Source of the DNA: Candidatus Daviesbacteria bacterium GW2011_GWA1_41_61
Lineage (GTDB): Bacteria; Patescibacteriota; Microgenomatia; Daviesbacterales; UBA10151
DNA: 64,000 nt
Direction of reading: 5' to 3'
NCBI GenBank assembly: GCA_000997385.1
Contig: LCBT01000001.1
Span: forward strand, 307,663 to 371,662
Positions 47,482-57,621 of the stretch are shown piece by piece (position 1 is the stretch's first letter; each line of letters opens with the position of its first letter). The notes beneath the pieces were generated by a model. It was not told the DNA's origin. It worked only from the letters and a program-made list of their open reading frames with translations, and ran no database searches. Position numbers and translations under genes: made by a program.

Positions 47482-47757
47482 CTATTTAATTTGTCTTTTT
47501 AAGGTTTTGCCGGCAGAAAAGCCTGGAGTTTTTTTCTGAGGTATTTGAATAGCTGCTCCTGTTTGAGGATTCCTCCCTCTCCTGGCAGCCCTTGATCTAA
47601 TTAAAAATGTTCCAAAGCCAGAAACTACCACCTTTTCTCCTCTGACTAAAGCATCTTTTATTAGATTAAAGGTAGAATCTACAGCATCCCTGGCAGCCCT
47701 TTTAGTTAAAGAGGATTTTTTGGCAACCTTCTCGATCAGTTCATTTTTGGTCATATG
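47482..47757 (-). CDS. hup: DNA-binding protein HU
   Basis: MTKNELIEKVAKK...GFGTF...RNPQTG...PGFSAGK. Confidence 0.9.
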   Translation of the reverse strand, partial: HMTKNELIEKVAKKSSLTKRAARDAVDSTFNLIKDALVRGEKVVVSGFGTFLIRSRAARRGRNPQTGAAIQIPQKKTPGFSAGKTLKRQIK

Positions 47758-47840
47758 TAATATGGACAAAAATATGGTTAACTTCTTAAGTTAATCAATA
47801 TTCTTTATCATAGTAATGCTTAGAATTTATCAGAAACTAT

Positions 47841-49178
47841 CTAGGAAGTCAAGGCAAACTCTATAGCCCGAACTTCTCTAATAGCTGTTACTTTAACCTG
47901 TCCCGGGACCATCACTTCCCTAGAAATATGTTCAGCAATATCATGGGTTAATTTTGGTAATTCCTCGTCAGAAACTTTATCAGGGAAAACGATCACTCTC
48001 ACTTCTCTGCCAGCGGCTACAGCAAAGGCTGATTCCACACCCTCATAGGATGTGGCAATTCTTTCAATATCCTCAATTCTTTTAATATAATCCTCCACAT
48101 CTTCACGTCTGGCCCCAGGCCTGGCTCCGGAGATAGCGTCAGCAATATAAACAATGATTGATTCAACAGCAGAAAAAGGTTTGTCCTCATGGTGCTCAGA
48201 GATGGCATTAATTATCTCTTGGGGCATGCCAAACTTCTTGGCAATTTGAACCCCTTTTTCAACATGGGTGCCTTCATCCTCATCAACAATAATCTTACCG
48301 ATATCATGCAGTAGACAGGCTAACTTCACCACACTGGCATTAGCTCCCAGCATCTTGGCTAAAGCTACTCCAATCCTGGTTTCTTCCATGGTGTGTTGGA
48401 TCATACTTTGGCCATAAGAGTAACGGTATTTAAACCTTCCTAAAAGACAAATCAGCTCTGAAGGCAAGTTATAAACACCCACTTCATGACAGAGTTGTTC
48501 CCCAGCCTGACACATCAATTTCTCTACGTCCTCTTTAGTTTTCTCCACTATCTCTTCAATTCTTTGCGGTTGAATTCTCCCATCCTGTATTAGCCTTTCC
48601 AAAGAAATCTTGGCAATTTCCCGCCTCACCGGATCAAAAGAAGACAGGATCAAAATTCCGGGGGTTTCATCCATTAAAACATCCACCCCTGTAGAATTTT
48701 CAAAAGTTCTAATATTTCTTCCTTCCTTACCGATAATCCTGCCCTTCATCTCATCATCAGGAAGTCTGACTTGAGAGGTGGTAAACTCAGCTACATAATC
48801 TGTTACCCCATGGAGCATCGCCTCAGATAAGATCTGTCGGGATTTTTCATCGACATGAAGTTTTATCTCATCTTCAGCCCCTTTTATCTTTTTAGAAATT
48901 TCAGCAGCTAAATCTTTCTCGACACTTTCCAAAAGGACTTTTTTAGCTTCCTCTGCGGACATCCCGGAAGATTTTTCTAATTTGGAGACTAAATCTTTTC
49001 TTTTTTCTTCAACCTGCTTTAACTTTTCATCTAAAGCCTCATGCTTTTGGGCCAGCAACCTCTCTCTTTCTTCTAAAATCCCTTCTCTTTTAGCCAAATC
49101 TGCTTCACGTTGGCCAAACTCGCCTTGAGAGGCACTTGAAGATTGAGCTGGTTGTGTAGAACCAAAAGTCTTTTGCAT
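47841..49178 (-). CDS. rny: ribonuclease Y
   Basis: Coiled-coil N-terminus, KH domain (GRIIGKEGRNIR) and HD domain (LLHDIGK). Confidence 0.85.
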   Translation of the reverse strand: MQKTFGSTQPAQSSSASQGEFGQREADLAKREGILEERERLLAQKHEALDEKLKQVEEKRKDLVSKLEKSSGMSAEEAKKVLLESVEKDLAAEISKKIKGAEDEIKLHVDEKSRQILSEAMLHGVTDYVAEFTTSQVRLPDDEMKGRIIGKEGRNIRTFENSTGVDVLMDETPGILILSSFDPVRREIAKISLERLIQDGRIQPQRIEEIVEKTKEDVEKLMCQAGEQLCHEVGVYNLPSELICLLGRFKYRYSYGQSMIQHTMEETRIGVALAKMLGANASVVKLACLLHDIGKIIVDEDEGTHVEKGVQIAKKFGMPQEIINAISEHHEDKPFSAVESIIVYIADAISGARPGARREDVEDYIKRIEDIERIATSYEGVESAFAVAAGREVRVIVFPDKVSDEELPKLTHDIAEHISREVMVPGQVKVTAIREVRAIEFALTS

Positions 49179-49303
49179 AAATTTTAAATAAGGGATTAAA
49201 AAGTCAAGCCGATTAAATGTGGCTCAAAAGAGTGAAGTCTTCAGTTTTCAACTCTAAACAAACTTTCCTCATGTTACTTTTTGTTTCCTTACTTACCAAT
49301 AGT

Positions 49304-49975
49304 TTACCTTTTTTGCCCCAACTTTGCAACTACAACTCTCACTATAGAGTATTCAAACCCTCTCCTTAATAAAAACTCTATAGCCTTCTTTTTAAACTCC
49401 AGTTCTGGTAAATTTTTCCATGATTTCATCTTTTTTTCCAAAGCAAGTTTCGCAAGGTCCTCCTCAGAAACTTGTCCTGAGCGAGCGTCAGCGAGTCGAA
49501 GAACCTCCTCCACTATCTCTCGATCAATACCTTTTTGATAAAGCTCAGCTTTTAAAGCCCTCACCCCTTTTTGTTTACTTCTCCTTCTTCCTTCTACCCA
49601 AGCTTTGGCAAACTCCAAATCATTGAGCATCCCTTTTTGCTTTAATCTTTCTACTAAAATGTCAATCACTAAATCTGAAATTTCTTCTTTACCTTTAGTT
49701 TTCCTTTTAAAAGACAAGTTCTTTAGATAGTCACGGACTTCTTTCTCGGAACGCATTCTGACAGAAAATAAGCCATACATCCGCTCCATTAGTTTTCCCA
49801 CTTCTGATTCAAAAAGCAGCTTCTCCAACTCCCGAGGTTGCACAATCTTACCCGGAACTAAGTGGTAATTTACCACCAAATCTTCATCTGCCCCAAAGGC
49901 AAATACTCCATCTAAAAAAATGTTAAATCTTCTAGGATTCTTTTTCTGAGGTTCTACTGAAATAATTTTAGGCAT
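49304..49975 (-). CDS. recX: recombination regulator RecX
   Basis: Immediately downstream of recA with helical-repeat RecX-like sequence. Confidence 0.7.
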   Translation of the reverse strand: MPKIISVEPQKKNPRRFNIFLDGVFAFGADEDLVVNYHLVPGKIVQPRELEKLLFESEVGKLMERMYGLFSVRMRSEKEVRDYLKNLSFKRKTKGKEEISDLVIDILVERLKQKGMLNDLEFAKAWVEGRRRSKQKGVRALKAELYQKGIDREIVEEVLRLADARSGQVSEEDLAKLALEKKMKSWKNLPELEFKKKAIEFLLRRGFEYSIVRVVVAKLGQKR

Positions 49976-49983
49976 TCAGCAAG

Positions 49984-51051
49984 CTAACCCGCTTCCTCAA
50001 CCAAACCTTCTTCCCCTTCTTCTTTACCCACCACTAACTCTTTACCGGATTCTTGTTTACCCCACTTGTCTCTAATATCTTTTTCCAGTTTTTCCGCCAG
50101 TTTTTTATCTTCTTTCAAGGTAATTATTGCTGCTTGTCTGCCTTGACCCAATAATTGTTCTTCCCATTTAATAAAAGCCCCAGATTTTTGCAGGATTCCC
50201 AGTTCAATCCCAACATCCAAAAGCTCCCCTTCATGAGAGATGCCATCAGAATCCATATCAAACTCAGCAATCCTAAATGGGGGAGCAACCTTATTTTTCA
50301 CCACCTTCACCCGATGTCTGGATCCTACCACCACATCTCCATTTTTGATATTTTCAATCTTTCTGATATCCAGCCGGACCGAAGCGTAGAATTTCAGAGC
50401 CAACCCTCCGGTAGTGGTTTCCGGGTTGCCGAACATCACTCCAATCTTTTGACGAAGTTGGTTGGTAAAGATAGCAATAGTGTTAGTGTTGGAAATAGCC
50501 CCGGTAAGCTTTCTTAAAGCTTGGGACATCAACCTTGCCTGCATTCCCATCACTGCATCTCCCATTTCACCCTCAATCTCAGCCTTCGGAACCAAGGCTG
50601 CTACCGAATCAATGACAATCACATCAATACCTCCAGAACGTATTAGCGTATCAGCAATTTCTAAAGCTTGTTCGCCGGTGTCTGGTTGAGAGATTAAAAG
50701 CTCGTCTAAGTTGACTCCCACTCTTTGAGCTCTTTGGGGATCTAAGGCATGTTCAGCATCAATAAAAGCTGCAGCCCCGCCTTTTTTCTGGGCCTGGGCG
50801 ATAACATACAAAGCCACGGTAGTTTTTCCGGAAGCTTCAGGTCCATAGATTTCAATGATCCTGCCCGTTGGTAAGCCGCCAACACCTAAGGCTAAGTCTA
50901 AAGCTAGAGAACCGGTGGAGATAACACTGCCCGCCAGTTTTTCCGCTCTTTCACCAAGCCTCATAATTGAACCCGTGCCATACTGTTTTTGAATTTGCTG
51001 CATAGCAGCTAAAATGGCAGCTTTTTTAGCATCTTTATTATCTATGGCCAT
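49984..51051 (-). CDS. recA: recombinase RecA
   Basis: Walker [11 protein letters not shown]1/L2 loops and full RecA length. Confidence 0.95.
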   Translation of the reverse strand: MAIDNKDAKKAAILAAMQQIQKQYGTGSIMRLGERAEKLAGSVISTGSLALDLALGVGGLPTGRIIEIYGPEASGKTTVALYVIAQAQKKGGAAAFIDAEHALDPQRAQRVGVNLDELLISQPDTGEQALEIADTLIRSGGIDVIVIDSVAALVPKAEIEGEMGDAVMGMQARLMSQALRKLTGAISNTNTIAIFTNQLRQKIGVMFGNPETTTGGLALKFYASVRLDIRKIENIKNGDVVVGSRHRVKVVKNKVAPPFRIAEFDMDSDGISHEGELLDVGIELGILQKSGAFIKWEEQLLGQGRQAAIITLKEDKKLAEKLEKDIRDKWGKQESGKELVVGKEEGEEGLVEEAG

Positions 51052-51250
51052 ATTTATACATAATAACAAAACCCGAAACGTTGTCAATCCCCAATTTTAG
51101 TCTAATTTTGTTGTATGGATACATAAATACATATTAAATAGAGTAGAGGATTAGGAGTAGTTAATTGTGGGAGTAAAGTTTAACTGCTTGAGTAATTTCT
51201 TCAGGGATCCCTTGAATACAATTATATCTTTTAACATCTTCCCCATCTAC

Positions 51251-51312
51251 CCAGGCTCAATTTTGCGGATTCCCTTTCAGTCGAGTTATATCGAAAAATT
51301 CGAACTCGCTTC
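51251..51312 (-). repeat. degenerate partial copy of the tRNA-Pro 3' half (pseudo T-arm) plus 35-nt trailer, direct repeat of 53442-53476
   Basis: 31 of 35 nt match the trailer of the intact tRNA-Pro. The adjacent minus-strand GCGAGTTCGAATT resembles the tRNA T-arm GGGAGTTCAATT. Confidence 0.6.
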
Positions 51313-51689
51313 AAGTCGAATCGGTAGGCGCGCTACGCGCGCCACCTTACTGCGAAGCAGGAGCTTCGCTCATCCGCTCGACCTTCGGCCGAAGCTCTTA
51401 AACTGTCGGTTGAACTCCGCCATAGGCGGACAAAAAACGCGAAAATTTTTTAAAGAACTTTTTTCTTTTGTTTTTTCACTTAAAAGGCGCAACCGGTGGA
51501 CTCAGCAAGAAATTGCTTTCAACTGTCCGATTGCGCCATTAAAAAAAGCAATTTCCATTAAAACTGAGTCCACGAAAAATTTAGCAGTTAAAGAATCTTA
51601 AAGCAAGAATGATTATCTAATGCAAACTAAATCAGAAGATATAAGTTTATCAGGAAGATTAAAATTCCAATTGTAATACAGCCATTTTT

Positions 51690-53096
51690 ATGAAATACTG
51701 TAAGCATATGGAAACAGATAAAATTCCTCAAGAATTACCTATGGCTCAAGCTCATCTTGAAAATGAGTCTGTACATAAAAGTTTTTTAAATCAAAGGGGC
51801 AACTTTCTTCTTATTCTTGGTGCCGTTGTTACTATTCTTGTCGTGATTGGGGCAGGAGGATATTTGTTAACAATGAATAAGAATTCAAACCCGAACCAAT
51901 ATTCTCCTCAAGCAACATCTACTTCAACTCAACCAATATCGTCAAATGAAACTGCAAATTGGAAAACATATACCAATAAACAATATGGATTTACTTTTAA
52001 ACATCCTAACCTGTCACTTGAAGGTTCTATCTGCGGCCAAAAGCCAGTTGCTAATTCTGATATTGAAATATTAAGTCTAACTAGTATATCGGTAGATACA
52101 CCAAACTCTTGTGATTCATTTAATTACTATCTCGTATTTCACATCAATAGCAAAGACGAAACAATAGATCAGGAAATACAAGCCATTAAAGATAGCTTAG
52201 ATTTTAAGGATAGAGATGTCGTTATTACTGAGGAAACATTAGGGAATTACAAAGTCAAGAAAATGTCATTAATAACAGATTTGCCTACTGAGCCAAAGAC
52301 ACAAGCAAGGAATTTTTGGTTTGTCAAAAATAATGAATATTACTTCTTCTACGATCCTAAAATAAAAAGCGTCTATACGATTTATGCCCACTTTGAAGAC
52401 CCAAAATATAAAAGTGATATTGAGAAGATAATCTCTACTATAGCTTTTGATTCTTCATTAACAAACATTGCAATTAAGACTCCCTTTTATCAATATTTTC
52501 CCAAAGAAGCATTTACAAGACCTGATTACACAAAAAGAAATTATGATAAAACCGCTCAATCCAGTTACACTTCAAAAGATTTTTATAGCCCTTTAGATAA
52601 GATTTCTGATGGCAATTTAGCGGACTTTAAGTGTAGCTATGATATTTATCAAGACCCAAAAAACGCAAGTTATCACTATAATATTATCGGTAAAGACAAT
52701 ACAAGTAAATCCTATGAGATTCCCATAGGAGCACAGTTATACCGGGTTCTAAACAACGATCCAAGAATAGGATTTAGGGGTTTTGAATACTGTTTAACAA
52801 GCGAGAACAAAGAATACATCTTAGCTACTTATAGCGGTGGTCCACTTGAACTAATCCAATTGAATGGTGACAAGGTAGATATCAAAGCAAAAGACCCACA
52901 AATAACTGGTTGGTATTCATCATGTAGCGATATCATAGCAATTACCAAGGATAATAATTTTTATATTAGATGTGGTGGAGGTGATACTACAACATATAGC
53001 TCAATAAGCAAAGTTGATGCAAATACAGGTAATATTAAAAAAATTATTGAATGTGTAGCTCCCGCAGAGGGAGAAACTAAATGTACATCTTTTTAG
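51690..53096 (+). CDS. membrane-anchored extracellular protein of unknown function (468 aa)
   Basis: N-terminal transmembrane helix (FLLILGAVVTILVVIGAGGYLL), then a Ser/Thr-rich linker and a large soluble domain with paired Cys near the C-terminus. Confidence 0.5.
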   Translation: MKYCKHMETDKIPQELPMAQAHLENESVHKSFLNQRGNFLLILGAVVTILVVIGAGGYLLTMNKNSNPNQYSPQATSTSTQPISSNETANWKTYTNKQYGFTFKHPNLSLEGSICGQKPVANSDIEILSLTSISVDTPNSCDSFNYYLVFHINSKDETIDQEIQAIKDSLDFKDRDVVITEETLGNYKVKKMSLITDLPTEPKTQARNFWFVKNNEYYFFYDPKIKSVYTIYAHFEDPKYKSDIEKIISTIAFDSSLTNIAIKTPFYQYFPKEAFTRPDYTKRNYDKTAQSSYTSKDFYSPLDKISDGNLADFKCSYDIYQDPKNASYHYNIIGKDNTSKSYEIPIGAQLYRVLNNDPRIGFRGFEYCLTSENKEYILATYSGGPLELIQLNGDKVDIKAKDPQITGWYSSCSDIIAITKDNNFYIRCGGGDTTTYSSISKVDANTGNIKKIIECVAPAEGETKCTSF

Positions 53097-53469
53097 ATTT
53101 ACAAAATAAAAATAACTGTCTGTCAAAATTTTCAGTAAATTGGCCAAAATGGTGGAAATTAGCCAACTACCTCCAGCCTTTCTAAATTTTCTGTATAATA
53201 AGGGAGTAAAAAAAGTTTTCGCGCTGGGTAGGTTGGGGCAAGAAAACATTTGAGGTTTGTCTTGTCCGGTGTAGCCGGACTATAATAATAAAAATCGCGC
53301 GCTCAAAAAATACATCCGAAGATTTAGCAATCTTCGGAAAAACTGTCGGCTCGAACTTCTTTTTAACTGATCGGCGGCTTGTCCCAGTTTACAAAAAGGG
53401 CTTTGCAGAGCTCTGCGCGCCCCCACCCGCGCAGAGTCACTCCAGGCTCAACTTTGCGGATTCACTTTC

Positions 53470-53543
53470 GGTCGGGGATGGGAGAATTGAACTCCCTACA
53501 TCCGGACCCCCAGCCCGGCGTTCTGCCGATGAACTAATCCCCG
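53470..53543 (-). tRNA. tRNA-Pro (anticodon GGG)
   Basis: Hand-folded on the minus strand as CGGGGAT-TA-GTTC-ATCGGCA-GAAC-G-CCGGG-CUGGGGG-TCCGG-ATGTA-GGGAG-TTCAATT-CTCCC-ATCCCCG-A-CC. It has a perfect 7-bp acceptor stem, U8, A14, G18G19, U33, a canonical T-loop, and C1:G72 with A73 as in bacterial tRNA-Pro. Confidence 0.9.
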
Positions 53544-53612
53544 TATTATTTGAATGATTATATGCAATTTTACCATTTACCAAGAAGAGAAAAAAGGATT
53601 ACTTTAAAAAAA

Positions 53613-54380
53613 TTAAATTTTACTTGGATCAAAATTAACTGAAGCCCATTGGAAATTAATATTAGAATCTGTCCTCTGATCCGCTTGGGATTGATTATCT
53701 ACAGTTGTTCCTTGACTAACTTTTACTGGTACAGATTGTTCTCCTGCTGTTAAGTTACCCTGTCTTTTTACAATAAGCATATTAATAGTTCTCTGGCTTC
53801 CATCTTCTCCATAAACTGTCAAATCTACTACCTCATCATTTTTCCCTTCTGTTGGAATATTCAAAGACTCTACCCCAAAAACAGAGTTAAGTATCTGGGT
53901 CCCCGTTTGTTTATTGAGAATATCTGGATTTTGCCACAATACAATTACCCCTGCTTCCTCATAAGGTCTAGATCCCCCTGGGATATCTTTAAGACCATCA
54001 TCAAATCTGCTAAAAATTGCTCCTCTTTCAATCTTATACCCCTTTCTTTTAGTTAATTCCTCGACACTTTTTCCTACATCTACTTGTGTCGCACAGGCAT
54101 CTGCTGCTACTTGAAATTCATTGAAATCACTGTCGGGGAGAACTACCTCTACCAGATTGATCTTATATTCTTCTGTAGCTGCTAAAAGTCTGGGGTCTAG
54201 TAAACTTCCACCTTCATCTGGCAAGGGAGCCACATTTTTAACTCCTCTGGTAATTATTTCTCTAAAAGATTGTGAACTAAAAAACTCCCTATCAGTATGA
54301 GGAAAATTAGAAACAGCATTATTTTTACTGACGCTGTCAGCTGAGAGATTGGGAACTAAAGATTTGGCTTCATTACCCAT
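53613..54380 (-). CDS. hypothetical protein (255 aa)
   Basis: No family recognised. Confidence 0.4.
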   Translation of the reverse strand: MGNEAKSLVPNLSADSVSKNNAVSNFPHTDREFFSSQSFREIITRGVKNVAPLPDEGGSLLDPRLLAATEEYKINLVEVVLPDSDFNEFQVAADACATQVDVGKSVEELTKRKGYKIERGAIFSRFDDGLKDIPGGSRPYEEAGVIVLWQNPDILNKQTGTQILNSVFGVESLNIPTEGKNDEVVDLTVYGEDGSQRTINMLIVKRQGNLTAGEQSVPVKVSQGTTVDNQSQADQRTDSNINFQWASVNFDPSKI

Positions 54381-54482
54381 AGTTTAGACTATATTAGGGG
54401 GATTATACTCTTATTAGTCCAGTTTTTCAAAAAGAAACCTCACAATAGGCTATTTTGGACTTTCCTAACTCTTATAATCCAG

Positions 54483-54878
54483 TTACTGTTTTTTTAGAAG
54501 ATATTTTTCAACTAACGCTATTAGATCATCTATATTAAAAGGTTTGGCTAAAAAATCATCAGCTCCTGCTTCCTTGGCAATCTTCTCCCCATGGCTTAAA
54601 GCGGAAATAGCAACAACTGGAATATGTTGGGTACTACTATCTTTTTTTAGCTCCCTAGTCACCTCATGTCCATCCATCCCTGACATCCACAAATCAATTA
54701 AAATAACTTCTGGCAGAAAATCTTTAACCCTTTTTTTAACTACCCTCCCATCGGCAACTGCTAAAACATCATATCCTTTATCCTCCAAGATAATTTTAAT
54801 AACTTCTAAAATACCCAGGTCATCATCAACTGCCATGACTCTTTTTTTACCACTGTCTTTTAAGGCCGCATTACTCAT
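54483..54878 (-). CDS. single-domain response regulator (CheY-like receiver)
   Basis: VMAVDDD, ILIDLWMSGMDG and AISAL receiver motifs. Confidence 0.8.
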   Translation of the reverse strand: MSNAALKDSGKKRVMAVDDDLGILEVIKIILEDKGYDVLAVADGRVVKKRVKDFLPEVILIDLWMSGMDGHEVTRELKKDSSTQHIPVVAISALSHGEKIAKEAGADDFLAKPFNIDDLIALVEKYLLKKQ

Positions 54879-54885
54879 TTTTAAA

Positions 54886-56556
54886 TTAATCCTCTTTCCC
54901 TTTAAGGGGTAAGGTAAAGAAAAAGGTCGAGCCTCTTCCCTCTTCACTCCTTACTCCTATTCTACCACCATGTTTTAGGATAATCTCGGAAGAGATATAA
55001 AGACCTAAGCCCAAACCCCCAAATCTTTCACCGGTGGCATTTTTTACCCGGTAAAAGCGTTCAAAGATTTGAGGGCGGTCTTTTTTGGGAATACCAATAC
55101 CGAAATCTTGGATACTGACCACAACTTCGTTTTTCTTTTTGGCCGTCCGGACAACGATTTTATTAGATTGAGGAGAATATTTAATAGCATTAGAGATCAA
55201 ATTAATCAACACTTGGTTTAGACGGTCCCGGTCTCCCATAATGGTAGACTCTACTCTGCCATGCCTGATTAGACAATGCGTGTCAGCAATCCTTTGAAAA
55301 TCTTCCACAGTTTCATTGACTAATTCATCAATGTCTAACTCTTCCCAATGTAAATCCAGCTTTCCCGCCTCAATCCTGGTGACATCTAAAAGTTCTTCTA
55401 TCAGCCCTGTTAGTCTGTTGAGTTGCAAATCAACCTTAGACAAATACCGGCTGGCTTCTCCCTCCTCACTTTTATCTAACCTCTTTTGTAAAATCTGAAT
55501 AAAAGCTTTAATTGTGGTCACCGGAGTTTTAATTTCATGACTGGCAGTGGCGATAAAGGTATCTTTTTGTTTTTCTACCTGCCAGCTTTCCGAGACATCG
55601 TGCAAAATTACCACTGCACCCGTAACCTTATCTCGGTGGCGGATAGGAGATGCCGAAGCTACCACCATGATATCCTTACCGCTAGCGTCTTTTAAGATCA
55701 AATGTTTACTGGAAATAACGTTCCCCTTCAAAGCCTGGGTAGAGAGCATCTCATCTTTACTGATTATCTCGCCCCGGCGGTGCCGCGACTGTAGACTGAT
55801 AGACAGATTCACTTGATCTTGGCCGATAGGATTAAAACCAAACATTCTCATGGCGGAAAAATTAGCTCCTACTACTACCCCTTTGACATCATAAACTAGT
55901 AGAGCATCAACTAAAGCCATAAAGACTGCATCTAACTCGCTGGCCCTTTCTTCAGACTCAATAGCTACCTGCTCAGCCTTCTCCCGGGCTTTCTCTACCT
56001 CCTTTAATAATATCTCCCGCTCTTCTTCTACAGCCTTATGAGCTAAAAAATAACCAATTTGGTGGCCTACAGAGTTCATCATCTCCAATAAATCTAAATC
56101 GGGAGTTACTATCTGATGATGGAAAAAATCGATAACTCCCAACACTTTTTGCCGGTAAATTAAGGGGAAAGCAAAAGCCCCGTGTAACCCTGCTGCTGAA
56201 GCTGCCCTGGCTCTGAGAAAGTTACTATCTTTGGTTACATCTTCGATCCAGCAAGCCTTTTTAGCAGCCCAGACTCTGCCCGGTAAACCAACCCCTTTGC
56301 TGAATTTAAACTTTTTGGTCGCCTCTTCAAACTTAGCCATTTTATGGGGCGAAATGGACCATAGCTGATGATAGACTAGAAGGTTCTTCTTTTTATCCAC
56401 AACCCACAAAGCTCCCATAGTCCACCCTAATAATCTGCCAATAACCCCTAAAACCTCACTGATACTTTTATCATGACTTTGATGCTGCGATAAAACGCGG
56501 ACTATTTCAAATTGGGCAGCTAAACGTTGTTCAGTTTTTAAGGCCATAGACATGTG
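54886..56556 (-). CDS. cytoplasmic sensor histidine kinase with GAF and PAS-like domains
   Basis: H-box HEIKTPVTTIKAF and HATPase GGLGLGLYISSEI. An N-terminal GAF-like region. No transmembrane segment. Confidence 0.85.
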   Translation of the reverse strand, partial: HMSMALKTEQRLAAQFEIVRVLSQHQSHDKSISEVLGVIGRLLGWTMGALWVVDKKKNLLVYHQLWSISPHKMAKFEEATKKFKFSKGVGLPGRVWAAKKACWIEDVTKDSNFLRARAASAAGLHGAFAFPLIYRQKVLGVIDFFHHQIVTPDLDLLEMMNSVGHQIGYFLAHKAVEEEREILLKEVEKAREKAEQVAIESEERASELDAVFMALVDALLVYDVKGVVVGANFSAMRMFGFNPIGQDQVNLSISLQSRHRRGEIISKDEMLSTQALKGNVISSKHLILKDASGKDIMVVASASPIRHRDKVTGAVVILHDVSESWQVEKQKDTFIATASHEIKTPVTTIKAFIQILQKRLDKSEEGEASRYLSKVDLQLNRLTGLIEELLDVTRIEAGKLDLHWEELDIDELVNETVEDFQRIADTHCLIRHGRVESTIMGDRDRLNQVLINLISNAIKYSPQSNKIVVRTAKKKNEVVVSIQDFGIGIPKKDRPQIFERFYRVKNATGERFGGLGLGLYISSEIILKHGGRIGVRSEEGRGSTFFFTLPLKGKED

Positions 56557-56601
56557 CATTATACAGCAATAACTTGTCATTGCCATAAAAAAACTCCTAT
56601 A

Positions 56602-57621
56602 ATGAAAAGAGAAATGAAAATTGGCTTCTTTGAAATTACCGAGACAGAAAAAAAAGATTATTTTATTCAAAATCTTCCGGGGTATGAACTGATTTTTATT
56701 GATAAACCGCTGACAGAAGAATCTCTCCCTCAGATTTTAGATTTTGATATTATCTCCGTTTTTGTCAACTGCCAAGTCACACCGAAAGTAATAACTGCTT
56801 TTCCCAGACTAAGACTGATCACTACCCGATCAACCGGTTTTGATAACATTGATCTTCCCTTTGCCAAAAGTAAAAATATTATGGTGGCTAATGTTCCAGC
56901 TTATGGTTCTCACACCGTGGCTGAATATACTTTTGGGCTAATGCTAGCTTTATCAAGAAAGATCTATCAAGCAGCCTACAGAGTTAAAGTAGGAGAAGAT
57001 TTTACCTTACAAGGGTTAAGAGGCTTTGATTTATGCAGTAAAACCTTGGGAGTAATTGGCACCGGGAAAATCGGCTCTAATGTAGTCAGTATTGCCCAAG
57101 GGTTTAATATGAAAGTTTTAGCTTTCGACGCTTTTCCTAACGAAGAGTTAGCCAGAACACACAATTTTTTGTACACTTCCTTAGAAGAGCTCTTAAAAAC
57201 TGCCGATGTGGTGACATTACACACTCCCTACAATGAGCAGACTCACCATTTGATTAACCGGCAGAACATCTTCCTGATGAAAAAAGGCAGCTTGCTTATC
57301 AACACCGCCCGGGGTCAGGTTGTGGAAACTGAAGCCTTATTTCAAGCTTTAATTCAAAATCATCTGGGAGGAGCAGCTTTGGATGTTTTAGAAGAAGAAA
57401 AAGAGTTAAAAGATGAAATGGAGGTCTTGGCCAAAAATACTCAGTCTGCCGAGGAATTGAAAACGATTTTGCATAATCATATTTTGATTAACTTACCTCA
57501 AGTAATTATTACTCCTCATATGGCCTTTTACTCTAAAGAGGCAGAGTTTGCTATCCTGGAAACCACCGAGGAAAATATCAAATCTTTCTTACAGGGTAAT
57601 CCTAAAAATATAGTCCATTAA
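56602..57621 (+). CDS. D-isomer-specific 2-hydroxyacid dehydrogenase (D-lactate / hydroxypyruvate reductase family)
   Basis: NAD-binding GVIGTGKIGS motif and the catalytic R/E/H arrangement of the family. Confidence 0.8.
   Translation: MKREMKIGFFEITETEKKDYFIQNLPGYELIFIDKPLTEESLPQILDFDIISVFVNCQVTPKVITAFPRLRLITTRSTGFDNIDLPFAKSKNIMVANVPAYGSHTVAEYTFGLMLALSRKIYQAAYRVKVGEDFTLQGLRGFDLCSKTLGVIGTGKIGSNVVSIAQGFNMKVLAFDAFPNEELARTHNFLYTSLEELLKTADVVTLHTPYNEQTHHLINRQNIFLMKKGSLLINTARGQVVETEALFQALIQNHLGGAALDVLEEEKELKDEMEVLAKNTQSAEELKTILHNHILINLPQVIITPHMAFYSKEAEFAILETTEENIKSFLQGNPKNIVH

Noticed and set aside
51167-51601. 144-aa ORF on the plus strand
   Set aside because: It runs through the tRNA-remnant repeat and the cluster of GC-rich perfect hairpins. 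Its composition is driven by those structures and no protein motif is visible. Treated as non-coding.
53442-53545. Possible tmRNA or permuted tmRNA (tRNA-like T-arm plus GC hairpins at two loci)
   Set aside because: Hand-folding shows a complete canonical tRNA with D and anticodon arms (tRNA-Pro GGG). No tag-peptide reading frame ending in hydrophobic residues was found near either locus.
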